Below are positions 9,495 through 21,888 of a stretch of 64,000 bases of DNA, piece by piece. Every line of letters starts with the position of its first letter. Position 1 is the stretch's first letter. The stretch is from an uncultured delta proteobacterium (lineage in GTDB: Bacteria > Myxococcota_A > Polyangia > Fen-1088). Both the position numbers and the translations under genes were made by a program. The notes below the pieces were generated by a model. That model saw only the letters and a list, made by a program, of their open reading frames with translations. It ran no database searches and was not told the origin of the DNA. The DNA lies in contig CAWCMR010000025.1 in assembly GCA_963796685.1 (NCBI GenBank), forward strand, positions 864,001 to 928,000, in the 5' to 3' direction.

Positions 9495-10253
9495 ATGCCA
9501 AGACTCCTCTGGAATCTCTACGCCCGCTGCTACGACCGGATCACCGGGCTCTTGCCCTATCAGGAGATGTTGGATGAGGTGGTGGGCGCGCTCGAGGTGT
9601 CGCCTGGGATGCGCGTGCTCGACGCCGGCTGCGGAACCGGAGCCCTCGCCGACCGCCTGGCCGAAAGGCACCCGGACATCGAGCTCGTGGCAGTGGATTG
9701 GTCGCCCGCCATGCTCGAGCGAGCCCGAACGCGGCGTGCCTGGCCGGCCACGTTCACCTTCGTCGAGGGCAGCATCGACGACGTGCTGGCCGACGACGAA
9801 CGCGGATTCGATCGCATCGCCAGCGTGAATGTCATCTGGACGCTGCCCGACCCGCAGCGCACCTTCGCGCAAATGACCCGGCGACTGCGCGACGGGGGGC
9901 GCATGGTCCACGCCACGCCGACCTGGCGCCTGCGCGCCCACGCCATCGTGTGGCGCCACCTGCGTGGGCAAAAAGGCAGTGACCTGCCGCGCGCCTTGCT
10001 CGGTTTGCCGGTGCTCGCCCTCGCCGGTCTGCTCAACCTGCTCCTGCTGGTGCAGGGCAAGCTGTTCGCCCGCACCCCCCGCGCGGGCAAGCGATGGCAC
10101 GCCGATGGGCTGGCAGAGCTGTTTCGCGCCACTGGCGCGCCTTCGTCCAAGATCCGGCCGTGCTACGCGGGGCAGGACGTCCTGCTGGTGTGCGAGAAGG
10201 AAGAATCAGGGACGCGCGCTACGCGGTTGCCAGCGCCGGCAGAGCACCTGTAG
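9495..10253 (+). CDS. Class I SAM-dependent methyltransferase
   Basis: VLDAGCGTG motif I, AVDWSPAML. Confidence 0.88.
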   Translation: MPRLLWNLYARCYDRITGLLPYQEMLDEVVGALEVSPGMRVLDAGCGTGALADRLAERHPDIELVAVDWSPAMLERARTRRAWPATFTFVEGSIDDVLADDERGFDRIASVNVIWTLPDPQRTFAQMTRRLRDGGRMVHATPTWRLRAHAIVWRHLRGQKGSDLPRALLGLPVLALAGLLNLLLLVQGKLFARTPRAGKRWHADGLAELFRATGAPSSKIRPCYAGQDVLLVCEKEESGTRATRLPAPAEHL

Positions 10254-10265
10254 ACTTGCCGCCTT

Positions 10266-11087
10266 ATGGAAGCGCCACTCGAAATCCGCTACGCAGGTGT
10301 GGTCATCGGCCGAGCGCAGGAGTTGCGGGGGGCCGAGGGGGATTCTCCATCGTTCTTCATTCCGGTGCGCGACCCCATGCCCGTGGGCACGGTCCTGCAC
10401 TTGCGCTCAGGGGATCGCGAAACCCCGGTGCGCGTGATCCGGGCGGTCGAGACGACCGACGCCGCCGCGTGCGGCATGCAAGTGCGAACCATGGGCGAGG
10501 CCGAGGAGGTGGTGCGGGACTTCATCCCGCCCCCCGCCGTCGCCGCGGAGAAGAGCAAGCCTGCCACGCCCACCCCCGTGGTCGAGGTCGACGTCGCCAA
10601 GATGGGGGCCGAGAACGCGGGTCGCCGAGCCACCGACTCCTCGTCGACCACCGCCGAGGCCCCGGTCGGCGAGCCCGAGGCAAAGGCCGCCGACGTCACG
10701 CCCGAGGTGATCATCACCGTCGAAGCCACCCCTGCGGCCGAGCCCGAGGTAGCGGCCCCCGAGGCAGAGGCGAAGGTCGCCGATGCCGTCCCGGCGGTCC
10801 CGTCCGGCGGCTCATCTGATGAAGCCGCCGCGGTTCCCGAGGCCGTTCCCGTGGCCATCGGATCGTCCATGACCGGGGCCCTGAAGAGCGCGACCGAGTC
10901 GGTCGCGGTCGGCGAGCCCGGGCCCGCTGCTTCTTCTCGACCGGAAAGCGGTGTGGTGACCGAGGCCGCGCCCGTGGCCGAGAGCTCCAGCGCCGAGCCA
11001 AGCAGTGCATCTGCTGCCACGGAGTTGCCTCCCGCGCGTCCCATCGCCGGACCGAGCGGACGGCGCAAGACCAAACGGCGCAGGTAG
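10266..11087 (+). CDS. Hypothetical protein: PilZ-like N-terminal beta domain + acidic Ala/Pro/Glu-rich disordered tail
   Basis: FFIPVRDPMPVGTVLHL segment; low-complexity tail ending RRKTKRRR. Confidence 0.6.
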   Translation: MEAPLEIRYAGVVIGRAQELRGAEGDSPSFFIPVRDPMPVGTVLHLRSGDRETPVRVIRAVETTDAAACGMQVRTMGEAEEVVRDFIPPPAVAAEKSKPATPTPVVEVDVAKMGAENAGRRATDSSSTTAEAPVGEPEAKAADVTPEVIITVEATPAAEPEVAAPEAEAKVADAVPAVPSGGSSDEAAAVPEAVPVAIGSSMTGALKSATESVAVGEPGPAASSRPESGVVTEAAPVAESSSAEPSSASAATELPPARPIAGPSGRRKTKRRR

Positions 11088-11093
11088 GGTCGC

Positions 11094-12018
11094 ATGATTC
11101 GGAATCCGATTCGTCCACCCCGTCTCCGGCCGGGCGATGTAGTCCGCGTGATCGCACCATCGGGCCCGCTGTTTACCGATGCCTTCGCGGCCGGCGCGGC
11201 GGTTCTGTCCGCCCGCTACCAGGTGCGCCACGATCCGGCGACGTTGTTTGCCCGCGATGGATTCCTGGCCGGGCCGGACGACCAGCGACTGGCGAGCCTG
11301 ATCGACGCCGTACGCGATCCAGAGGCCCGTGCCGTGTTCCTGGGTCGCGGCGGATATGGCCTCTTGCGCATCGCCAACCGGATCGATTCGCACCTGTTGC
11401 GCGATCACGCCAAGCCCATCGTGGGATGCTCCGACGGAACGGTCCTGCTGGCGCTGGCGGCGCGGGCCGGGGTTGCGGCCATCCATGGGCCGGTGGTCAC
11501 CCAGCTCGGGCGCTTGCCCGACGCCGACCGGTCGGCGCTGTTCTCGCTCCTGGAATCCGGCGAGCCGGGACCCCTGCTCGTCGGGCTTGAAACCCTGTGC
11601 GCGGGCAGCGCCCAGGGACCCTTGCTGGGTGGCAATCTGGAGGTATTCTCGCGACTGCTCGGAACCCCGTATCTGCCCGACCTCGACGGCGCCATTTTGT
11701 TCTTCGAGGAGGTGGGCGAGCGTCCTTACCGAATCGATCGCCTGCTCACCCACTTGGAGCTGGCCGGGGTCTTCACGGCGGTGGCCGGCGTGGTGGTGGG
11801 CGATTCTCGTCGCCTGCGAGGAGCCGCCCGACTCACGCGTGCGCTCACCCTCGGCCATCGAGGTCGTGCGCGAGCGTCTCGGCCGCCTGAGCATCCCCGT
11901 GGCGCTGGGCGCGCGCTTCGGTCACGGCGAACGCAATCTGCCCCTGCCCTACGGCGTTCGCGTCAGCCTCGACGCGCAGGCCGGGACCCTGGTCGCGCTC
12001 GAAGGGGTGGTTGGCTAG
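11094..12018 (+). CDS. LD-carboxypeptidase (peptidase S66), apparent +1 frameshift near 11804
   Basis: VIAPSG, RGGYG, GCSD, HGP, GGNL, FFEEVGE..YRIDR in ORF 11094; FGHGERNLPLPYG continues in frame of ORF ending 12018. Confidence 0.88.
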
Positions 12019-12182
12019 GAGGCTGGTGTCAAACGGCTCCCGTCGCTTGGCGGGCTGCGGGCCCCGCCCGCTTCGTTGCTCGTCGGTTAAATACGTCCAG
12101 TATTCGCCCTCCTCGCGCCTCGCGGCCGGGGCTCCTCGCCTCGCCAGAGCTCGCGGTCCGCCATTTAACACCAGCCTCCTAG
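12015..12182. mobile_element. MITE-like element with terminal inverted repeats, flanked by CTAG duplication
   Basis: Left CTAGGAGGCTGGTGTCAAACGGC vs reverse complement of right end CTAGGAGGCTGGTGTTAAATGGC (21/23); internal hairpin; no ORF. Confidence 0.72.
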
Positions 12183-13453
12183 AACGCGAAGTACGGACCG
12201 GGACCAGCGGGCGTGGACTGGCCTTCGATGGCGGTGTAGACCGAGCGGCCAAAATAGAAGGGTAGCCCCCAATCGAAGCCGGGCACGGTGGTGTCCGTGG
12301 GGAATCCCGGCATGGGCCCGGCCAGGTTGCTGAAGGCGAACGCCGAGGCCTTCAGGGTCGCGGCGCTGGCAACGCTGAACGCGACCGTGGCGCCGGCCCC
12401 GCCGGTCGAGGACAACACGGCGCTCAAGCTGGTCGTCGAGGCGGGGCAGTAGAACGAGTTGAGGTTGCCGGTGCACTGCTTGAGTTTCGTCGTCGTGCTG
12501 TCGAGGAAGAACAAACCGTTCGAGCCGCTGTCGAGATAGCTCGTGTAGGTCGCGCCCCCCACCGGGAAGGTGGTACTGACGAATCCCTGCACATCGAGAG
12601 GGAGCACGGTGGCGCTGCCGAGACCGTTGTTGGCCTGCGTGCCGATCCCGAAGGTCAGCACCCCAGGCACCGACGGCGCGCCTCCGGCGGGAATGCTGGG
12701 TAATTGGATGATCGTACCGTTGTTGTCGAAGGGAAACGCCGCCACGGGATGGGCGACCTGCTGGGCCAGGGGAACCGCGGTGATGGCGCAAGACTGCGAG
12801 GTGCTGCAAGCATAGTAAAGGCCCGGATTCACACGGGACGATGCAGGCTGGGCACAGGCCGCGCCGCAGTCCTGCAGGTAGACCCCGACGCCCAGAATGC
12901 CGTTGGCAGCCAAGGTCTTGAAATCTGTGATGGCGCTGCCGGTGCAAGAGGTGGGCATGGTGTAGGTCTTTTCGCCGATGAGCTGGACGGGCAGCCTTGC
13001 GGCCGACTCCGTGCCCAGCGTGATGTCCGCCAACCTCAGCGGACCCCACGCGGTTCCGTCTACGAAAGGCGTGCACTCGGCCAACTGCACGTTGCTCGCG
13101 TTCGTGACTGCGGGCAAGGGCAGGGTCAATTCCGATTCGAGCACGCGCACGCCCACCGAGCCCGTGTCGACGAGCAGATGATCGAAGGTCTGGCAGGTGG
13201 CGGTTCCCGGCATGCAAAGCGTGACCGTGGCGAAGAGTCCATTGGTGTAGCCGATGTTCTGCGGCCCCGGATCCACCGTGACGGCGAGCGTGTTCGGGTC
13301 GGTGGCGCTCACGGCTCCACCCGCGCCGCCGCCCCCGCCGCTCTGCCCTATCCCGTTGCCCATTCCACCACCGGGATTGAGGACCGGCCCGTTGCCCCCG
13401 CTGCAGCTGGCGAGCACGGCCAGGGCGGTCGCCGTGACCACGATCCTAGTCAT
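12179..13453 (-). CDS. DUF3443 family lipoprotein (pepsin-like aspartic protease motifs)
   Basis: Lipobox LASC; VTLCMPGTATCQTFDHLLVDTGS, NGILGVG, LDSGSNG, FDWGLPFYFGRSVY. Confidence 0.88.
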   Translation of the reverse strand: MTRIVVTATALAVLASCSGGNGPVLNPGGGMGNGIGQSGGGGGAGGAVSATDPNTLAVTVDPGPQNIGYTNGLFATVTLCMPGTATCQTFDHLLVDTGSVGVRVLESELTLPLPAVTNASNVQLAECTPFVDGTAWGPLRLADITLGTESAARLPVQLIGEKTYTMPTSCTGSAITDFKTLAANGILGVGVYLQDCGAACAQPASSRVNPGLYYACSTSQSCAITAVPLAQQVAHPVAAFPFDNNGTIIQLPSIPAGGAPSVPGVLTFGIGTQANNGLGSATVLPLDVQGFVSTTFPVGGATYTSYLDSGSNGLFFLDSTTTKLKQCTGNLNSFYCPASTTSLSAVLSSTGGAGATVAFSVASAATLKASAFAFSNLAGPMPGFPTDTTVPGFDWGLPFYFGRSVYTAIEGQSTPAGPGPYFAF

Positions 13454-13943
13454 GGCTGTCCGGGCCGACATGCTCGGGAACGAACCCGGCCGGGGCCAGG
13501 TCCGTCAAATACACTTGGCCGAAGAAGGCGCGCTGGTGTCCGCCCATGACCACCACCATGCCCGGCAGCTCGATGCGAGCCACCCCACGCGCGATGCGCT
13601 TGCCCCGCGTGGCCGCGATGAGCTCGTCGTAATGAACGCCCATGATGTCGCGCAAGTTCGGCCGCCATCCTCCCGACCAGGACACGGCGAACACCTTGCC
13701 GCTGTCCCCGACGAAGTGGCGCACCTTGGTGCCGGTGGGCAAAACCAGCTCGTGAATCGTGTAGTTGTCCTTGCGCCAGACTTGCAGGCTGGCCTGCATA
13801 CGCGCCTGATACGCGGCCACCGCGGACACGTCGTCGCCCAAGGCCGCACGGGCCGGTGAAGAGAGGTGAAGAAGCAGGGCCAGCGCCAGAACGGCAGACG
13901 GCCAATGACGCAAGCGACGAATGGCGCAACAAAGGGGCTTCAT
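13446..13943 (-). CDS. DUF2844 family secreted protein
   Basis: Signal peptide ending ARA-ALG; GTKVRHFV, VFAVSWSG, RPNLRDIMG, GHQRAFFGQVYL; overlaps the DUF3443 start (usual gene pair). Confidence 0.85.
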   Translation of the reverse strand: MKPLCCAIRRLRHWPSAVLALALLLHLSSPARAALGDDVSAVAAYQARMQASLQVWRKDNYTIHELVLPTGTKVRHFVGDSGKVFAVSWSGGWRPNLRDIMGVHYDELIAATRGKRIARGVARIELPGMVVVMGGHQRAFFGQVYLTDLAPAGFVPEHVGPDSHD

Positions 13944-14014
13944 GGCGAGGTGGGAAACTATAGCAGCTGGTCCCGCCTGCCGCCGACACAGACGTGCAAC
14001 GACGATCACAGGTT

Positions 14015-14281
14015 GATTGAGATGGGAACCCTCGAAGGGTTCCCAAACCCTCCCGCGCTCTGGCGGACCCGGGCAAAGCCCGGCTTCGCCTACGCGATTG
14101 AGATGGGAACCCTCGAAGGGTTCCCAAACCCTCCCGCGCTCTGGCGGACCCGGGCAAAGCCCGGCTTCGCCTACGCGATTGAGATGGGAACCCTCGAAGG
14201 GTTCCCAAACCCTCCCGCGCTCTGGCGGACCCGGGCAAAGCCCGGCTTCGCCTACGCGATTGAGATGGGAACCCTCGAAGG
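14015..14281. repeat. Tandem array: three identical 81-bp units + 24-bp partial unit, two hairpins per unit (REP-like)
   Basis: Units start at 14015, 14096, 14177, 14258; hairpins TGGGAACCCT-CGA-AGGGTTCCCA and CCGGGC-AAA-GCCCGG. Confidence 0.95.
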
Positions 14282-14284
14282 CTG

Positions 14285-14761
14285 CTACGCCGACGCGGCT
14301 AGCATGCTCTCGGGGATCTGAACTGCGACCACGGTGCCCTCGGCGCAAAGCTCGCCGTTCGCGGTAAGCTTTATGGCCACGACGACCTTGCGCCCCTTGT
14401 GCTCGGCCACGCGTCCGCGCAGCAGCAGGGGCACGCCCATGGGCGTGGGTCTGCGATAGTCGACGTGAAGCGACGCGGTCACGAAGCGGAAGGCCGGCAA
14501 GGAATCCTGGGGCCGGTTCTCGGCGCGGTACGCGGCGGCAGCAGCCGTGCCCGTGCCGTGGCAATCGATCAGCGAGGCGATGAGGCCGCCGTAGACGAAT
14601 CCGGCCACCGCGGTGTGCTCGGCACGCGGCTCGAACCGGCACACGGATTCCTCGCCCTCCCAAAAGCTGCGGATGTGCAGGCCCAGGGGGTTGATCCGGC
14701 CGCATCCGTAGCAGACGGCGTGGTCATCCGGGTAGAAGTCTTGGAAAGCGCGTTCGTCCAT
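14285..14761 (-). CDS. PaaI family (hotdog-fold) thioesterase
   Basis: CYGCGRINPLGL, YGGLIASLIDCH, FVTASLHVDYRRPTP. Confidence 0.88.
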   Translation of the reverse strand: MDERAFQDFYPDDHAVCYGCGRINPLGLHIRSFWEGEESVCRFEPRAEHTAVAGFVYGGLIASLIDCHGTGTAAAAAYRAENRPQDSLPAFRFVTASLHVDYRRPTPMGVPLLLRGRVAEHKGRKVVVAIKLTANGELCAEGTVVAVQIPESMLAASA

Positions 14762-14823
14762 GATGGTCCTCGGTGGTCCTCGAGCAAAAATCCTGAGCCC
14801 CACAGTATCCATGGCGAGGTACC

Positions 14824-15438
14824 ATGCCAACCCGAAACGGTCCAGGCATGAACCTCGAACCTCGATTGGTCGTGGAATGGCAAACCCCGGGCGACCGGCT
14901 GCGCGCGTTCGAGCCCACGCGCGAGGAGATCGCGCGCTTTGCGCCCTCGCTCGCCGCCTTCTACAACGACCCCTACAATCGTTCCATGATGGCCAACACG
15001 GTGGCCATGACCACAGACGAGGTGGTCGAACACTTCGAGGGCCTGCGGCGCAAGGGCGGCCGACCGTTCTTGCTCGAGCGCGACGGGGTGCTTTTGGGCG
15101 ACGCGGATCTGCGTCACATCACGGCTCAGACCGCCGAGTTCGCCATCTTGGTCGGCCGGCGGCCCGAGCAAGGCAAGGGCATCGGCACGCGCTTCGCTGT
15201 TCTCCTGCACACCCTGGCCTACCGGGGCCTTGGCCTCGAGCGCATGTTCGTCTCCATCATCCCGGCCAACCTTCCCTCGCAGCGCTTGTTCGCCAAGATC
15301 GGCTACGCGCGCGACGACAGCCCCGCGGCGCGCGCGTTCGCCGACGACCCGACCGACCTCACCCTGTCCATGATCCGCGCGACCTTCGAAGCTGCCCACG
15401 CGGCGGCGCTGGACGAGATCCGCTGGTCCTTGCGTTAG
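14824..15438 (+). CDS. GNAT family N-acetyltransferase (RimJ/RimL-like)
   Basis: AEFAILVG..EQGKGIGT, N.PSQRLFAKIGY; start may be 14848. Confidence 0.8.
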   Translation: MPTRNGPGMNLEPRLVVEWQTPGDRLRAFEPTREEIARFAPSLAAFYNDPYNRSMMANTVAMTTDEVVEHFEGLRRKGGRPFLLERDGVLLGDADLRHITAQTAEFAILVGRRPEQGKGIGTRFAVLLHTLAYRGLGLERMFVSIIPANLPSQRLFAKIGYARDDSPAARAFADDPTDLTLSMIRATFEAAHAAALDEIRWSLR

Positions 15439-15521
15439 CACACGTCAAACCCGACCCGCCAGGCCGGAATTCGTGTGCCTTGCCGTGCGGCCGGGCAAAG
15501 GCGTGCTAGACCCATGGCGCG

Positions 15522-16691
15522 ATGAAGAGCACCGACGTGAACCGATACAAGACTGAAACGGTCTGCGTTCAGGCGGGAACGCGCAAGGACACCACCTTCA
15601 ATGCCGTCGCGGTTCCCATCTACGCGACCTCGACCTTTGCCTTCGAGGCGCCGGGCAAGACCAAGGGCTACGACTACAGCCGCACCGCCAATCCCACGCG
15701 CTCGGCGCTGGAGGAATGCCTGGCCGCGCTCGAGGGCGGCGCTGGCGCCACGGCCACCGCGACCGGCATGGCCGCAGAGACCTCGGTCATGGCGCTCTTC
15801 CCGGCAGGCAGCCACATCATCGCGGGCCACGACATCTACGGCGGCACCTACCGCCTCTTCGCCTCGATCCTGTCCGCACGCGGACTGACCTTCTCGTTCG
15901 TCGACATGTCCGACCCGCGCAACGTGCGCGAAGCCATCCGCCCCGAGACCCGCGCCATCTGGATCGAGACCCCGTCCAATCCCCTGCTCGGTCTGGTCGA
16001 CATCGCCGCTATTTGTGCCATCGCGCGCAAGCACGGACAGCTCACCATTGTCGACAACACCTTCATGTCCCCGATATTCCAAAAGCCGCTGGCCTTGGGC
16101 GCCGACATCGTCGTGCACTCCACGACCAAGTACCTGAACGGCCACAGCGACATGGTGGGCGGCGCCATCATCTCGCGCACGCAAGAGCAGGCCGGTGCCG
16201 TGGCCGCCATGGTGAACGCGCTCGGAACCTGCTCGTCGCCTTTCGACGCGTGGCTGGTGATGCGCGGGATCCGCACCCTGCCCATCCGCATGGTCGCGCA
16301 CGAGCGCAACGCCATGGCCCTGGCCGAGTTCCTGGCCAAGCATAAGTCCGTCGAGCACGTCTACTACCCCGGCCTGCGCTCGCACCCGCAGCACCGTCTG
16401 GCCCGCAAGCAAATGCGCGGCTTCGGTGGCATGCTTTCGTTCGACATTCGCGGCGGCAAGAAGGCCGCATTCCGCTTCATCCAGGCGCTCGAGATCTTCG
16501 CCTTCGCCGAATCCCTGGGGGGGGTCGAGTCCCTGGTCGAGCACCCCGAGACCATGAGCCACGCATCGATGACCGCGGAGGCACGGCGCGCCGCCGGGAT
16601 CACCGGCGCCAATGTCCGCGTCTCCGCCGGCATCGAAAACGCCGACGATCTGGTCGCCGACGTGGCCCAGGCGCTCAAGGCGGTCGGCTAG
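15522..16691 (+). CDS. metB: Cystathionine gamma-synthase/gamma-lyase family PLP enzyme
   Basis: YSRTANPT, IWIETPSNP, VDNTF, HSTTKYLNGHSD (PLP Lys), AESLGGVESL; exact specificity uncertain. Confidence 0.85.
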   Translation: MKSTDVNRYKTETVCVQAGTRKDTTFNAVAVPIYATSTFAFEAPGKTKGYDYSRTANPTRSALEECLAALEGGAGATATATGMAAETSVMALFPAGSHIIAGHDIYGGTYRLFASILSARGLTFSFVDMSDPRNVREAIRPETRAIWIETPSNPLLGLVDIAAICAIARKHGQLTIVDNTFMSPIFQKPLALGADIVVHSTTKYLNGHSDMVGGAIISRTQEQAGAVAAMVNALGTCSSPFDAWLVMRGIRTLPIRMVAHERNAMALAEFLAKHKSVEHVYYPGLRSHPQHRLARKQMRGFGGMLSFDIRGGKKAAFRFIQALEIFAFAESLGGVESLVEHPETMSHASMTAEARRAAGITGANVRVSAGIENADDLVADVAQALKAVG

Positions 16692-16816
16692 CGGATTTCT
16701 TACCACGGAGAGCGCAAAGGGCGCAGAGACAGAAGAAGTAGTAGCTCGGATCTAGCTCCGGGAACCCTTCCTTCTCCGACCTCTGTGCTCTCTGTGCCTC
16801 TGTGGTGAAAATCCGC
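16691..16816. repeat. Long imperfect palindrome, ACCAC(A/G)GAG...CTCTGTGGT family, copy 1
   Basis: GCGGATTTCTTACCACGGAG...CTCTGTGCCTCTGTGGTGAAAATCCGC; homologous to copies at 33707 and 38195. Confidence 0.85.
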
Positions 16817-16912
16817 CCCCCCCCGCACCGGCCGTGAATCCAGGGCTTGCGGGGAAGGGCCGGTGCCCTTAGTTTATCGCTTCCCGCGCTTGGCGCGGGG
16901 CGGAAGGATCCC

Positions 16913-19925
<3,013 letters not shown>

Positions 19926-19988
19926 CGGATTGGCCAGCCACGTAATCGGCTGCTTGGCGGAAACGGACTTACCCTCTAAGCTCCACGT

Positions 19989-21191
19989 ATGACCAAGACG
20001 TACCGTCTGGGGATACTGTGCGCGGTTGGACTTTTCGGGTGTAATTCGGATTCACCGCCAGGTGCGATTGCGGCCCTGGACGTGACCTTGCCGGACTCGG
20101 CCCTCACGCGAATGCCGAGCCTCTCGCTCATGCGCGCCGGAGACAGCTTCACCCTGGCCGGCTACGATGGCGCGCAAGTCCGCTGGGGCCGGCTCTCGCT
20201 CGACGGCACGACCTTGACCGAACAAGCGGGTTTCCCGCTGGCCCAGCCGCCGCTCGTCGGCCCGGTCTTCGCCACGACGACCAAGACCACCCCCGGCGAC
20301 CAACTGGTCGCCATCGCGCTGGTGAACAGCGCAACGCCGGGGGGCGGATACGACCTCTTGGCAACCGTCCAAACCGCCGGTGACGCCACCTCCGCAGCGC
20401 CGGTGCTGCTTGCCAACTACCAGGTCGGCACCGATCCGAGCACGGTGCAGCTTGCCGCCGGAGGGGCCACCGCGGGCAACACCGGGTTCGTAGCCTGGGG
20501 CATTCCCGGTACGGGCATTTCCCCCAAGTACCTTCTGCTGTCCGCCGACGCGGCCCCCACGGGTGCGGCATCCAGTATGGACGTCTCGTCCCCGAATTGG
20601 AGCTGCCTGGCCGCGATCGGGAGCACGACCGGCCTTGGCTTCAGCGTCGTGACCCCCGATACTCAGGGAACCTCCGATCTGGTGACCGCAGATATTGGCG
20701 TCTCGTCCACCCTGACCAACCAGTTCACCCGCGAGGTGGCGGACTGTCGCGTGGTGGGCTCGCCCGGACCCTCGGGTACCTTCGTCATGGCCCTGGAAAC
20801 GAGCAATGCCATCGACTTCGCCATCTACTACCCGCCGCCCGATCTTTCGAGTCTCACTGGATCGGTGACGACCTATGACCCGGTGTTGTCCGCGTCCAGC
20901 TTCGGCGATCCGCTGAGCATGCCGCACCCGGCATGGGTCGCGCCCGCGGGGGGTGGGGACATCTCCATCGGGCTCGAGCGCAACGGTGGCCCCCAGATCT
21001 TCCGTTACACCTACGACGCCATTCCCCATGGATCCCCGCTGACCTTGCGCAGCGAAAAGGGCCAGACCGGCCCTGTCGCCGCGTGGGTCGGGTCGGACGC
21101 CGCCTATGTGACGTACACCGACCAGACCAAGAGCGGAACTCCGCCGCTCAAACGTTATTTCATGCGCGTCGAGAGTCCTGTCCTCCCCTAG
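19989..21191 (+). CDS. Hypothetical lipoprotein (beta-rich)
   Basis: Lipobox LFGC; 400-aa ORF rich in Thr/Ser/Gly. Confidence 0.7.
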   Translation: MTKTYRLGILCAVGLFGCNSDSPPGAIAALDVTLPDSALTRMPSLSLMRAGDSFTLAGYDGAQVRWGRLSLDGTTLTEQAGFPLAQPPLVGPVFATTTKTTPGDQLVAIALVNSATPGGGYDLLATVQTAGDATSAAPVLLANYQVGTDPSTVQLAAGGATAGNTGFVAWGIPGTGISPKYLLLSADAAPTGAASSMDVSSPNWSCLAAIGSTTGLGFSVVTPDTQGTSDLVTADIGVSSTLTNQFTREVADCRVVGSPGPSGTFVMALETSNAIDFAIYYPPPDLSSLTGSVTTYDPVLSASSFGDPLSMPHPAWVAPAGGGDISIGLERNGGPQIFRYTYDAIPHGSPLTLRSEKGQTGPVAAWVGSDAAYVTYTDQTKSGTPPLKRYFMRVESPVLP

Positions 21192-21205
21192 GAGTTGAAG
21201 AGCCG

Positions 21206-21231
21206 GGAATAGCGCAGGATGCCCGGTGGTT
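21206..21231 (+). promoter_or_regulatory. ECF promoter GGAAT-N18-GTT (SigR/SigH-type), likely autoregulatory
   Basis: GGAAT 21206-21210 and GTT 21229-21231, 15 nt before the sigma ATG. Confidence 0.6.
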
Positions 21232-21246
21232 GTTTAGATACAGAAG

Positions 21247-21888
21247 ATGTTTTTCCAACGCCGCACCGTGCGAGTCGATTTCGAGCGAGAGGTGATGCCT
21301 CACCTGCAGGCGCTCTATGGCGTTGCTCTTCGGATGACCAAATCGGAAGGCGACGCCGAGGATCTGGTGCAGGACGCCATCTTGCGCGCCTACCGTTTTT
21401 GGGACGGGTTCGAAGCCGGGTCCAATTGCCGGGCCTGGCTCATGCGCATCATGACCAACGTGTTCCGCAACCGCTACCGTGAGCGAGCGCGCGAGCAAGA
21501 AATCTTGAGCGAGGCCGAGAGCACCACCGCCAACCTGGGACAGTTCCAAGGTTCGGCGCCACGCGACGCGGAGAGCGCCCTGTTCGGCCGCATGCTCTCG
21601 CGCGACGTGGAAAGGGCCCTGGACACCTTGCCTCCCGAATTTCGGCTGCCCGTCATCCTGGCCGACCTGGAAGACCTTTCCTACAAGGAGATCGCGGACA
21701 TCATGGAGTGTCCGGCGGGAACCGTGATGAGCCGGCTCTACCGCGGGCGCAAATTGTTGCAGAAGCAGCTCGCCGACTACGCATCCGTCCCGGAAAGCGA
21801 GCAGACGACACCAGCTTCGGATAGCGAAAGCAAGTTGGTTGATTTCGAGGCCTTCCGACGCAAGAAGCAAGAAGGAGGGGCGGCATGA
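21247..21888 (+). CDS. ECF sigma-70 factor (SigR/SigH-like; RpoE1-like by context)
   Basis: DAEDLVQD, RAWLMRIMTN, LSYKEIADIMECPAGTVMSRLYRGR. Confidence 0.93.
   Translation: MFFQRRTVRVDFEREVMPHLQALYGVALRMTKSEGDAEDLVQDAILRAYRFWDGFEAGSNCRAWLMRIMTNVFRNRYRERAREQEILSEAESTTANLGQFQGSAPRDAESALFGRMLSRDVERALDTLPPEFRLPVILADLEDLSYKEIADIMECPAGTVMSRLYRGRKLLQKQLADYASVPESEQTTPASDSESKLVDFEAFRRKKQEGGAA

Noticed and set aside
14015-14281. CRISPR array (24-bp repeat with 57-bp spacers)
   Set aside because: The would-be spacers are identical and no cas genes are present; it is a tandem repeat
13450-14367. ORFs with 27-aa repeats in several frames
   Set aside because: By-product of the 81-bp unit being a multiple of three; no RBS or protein-like composition
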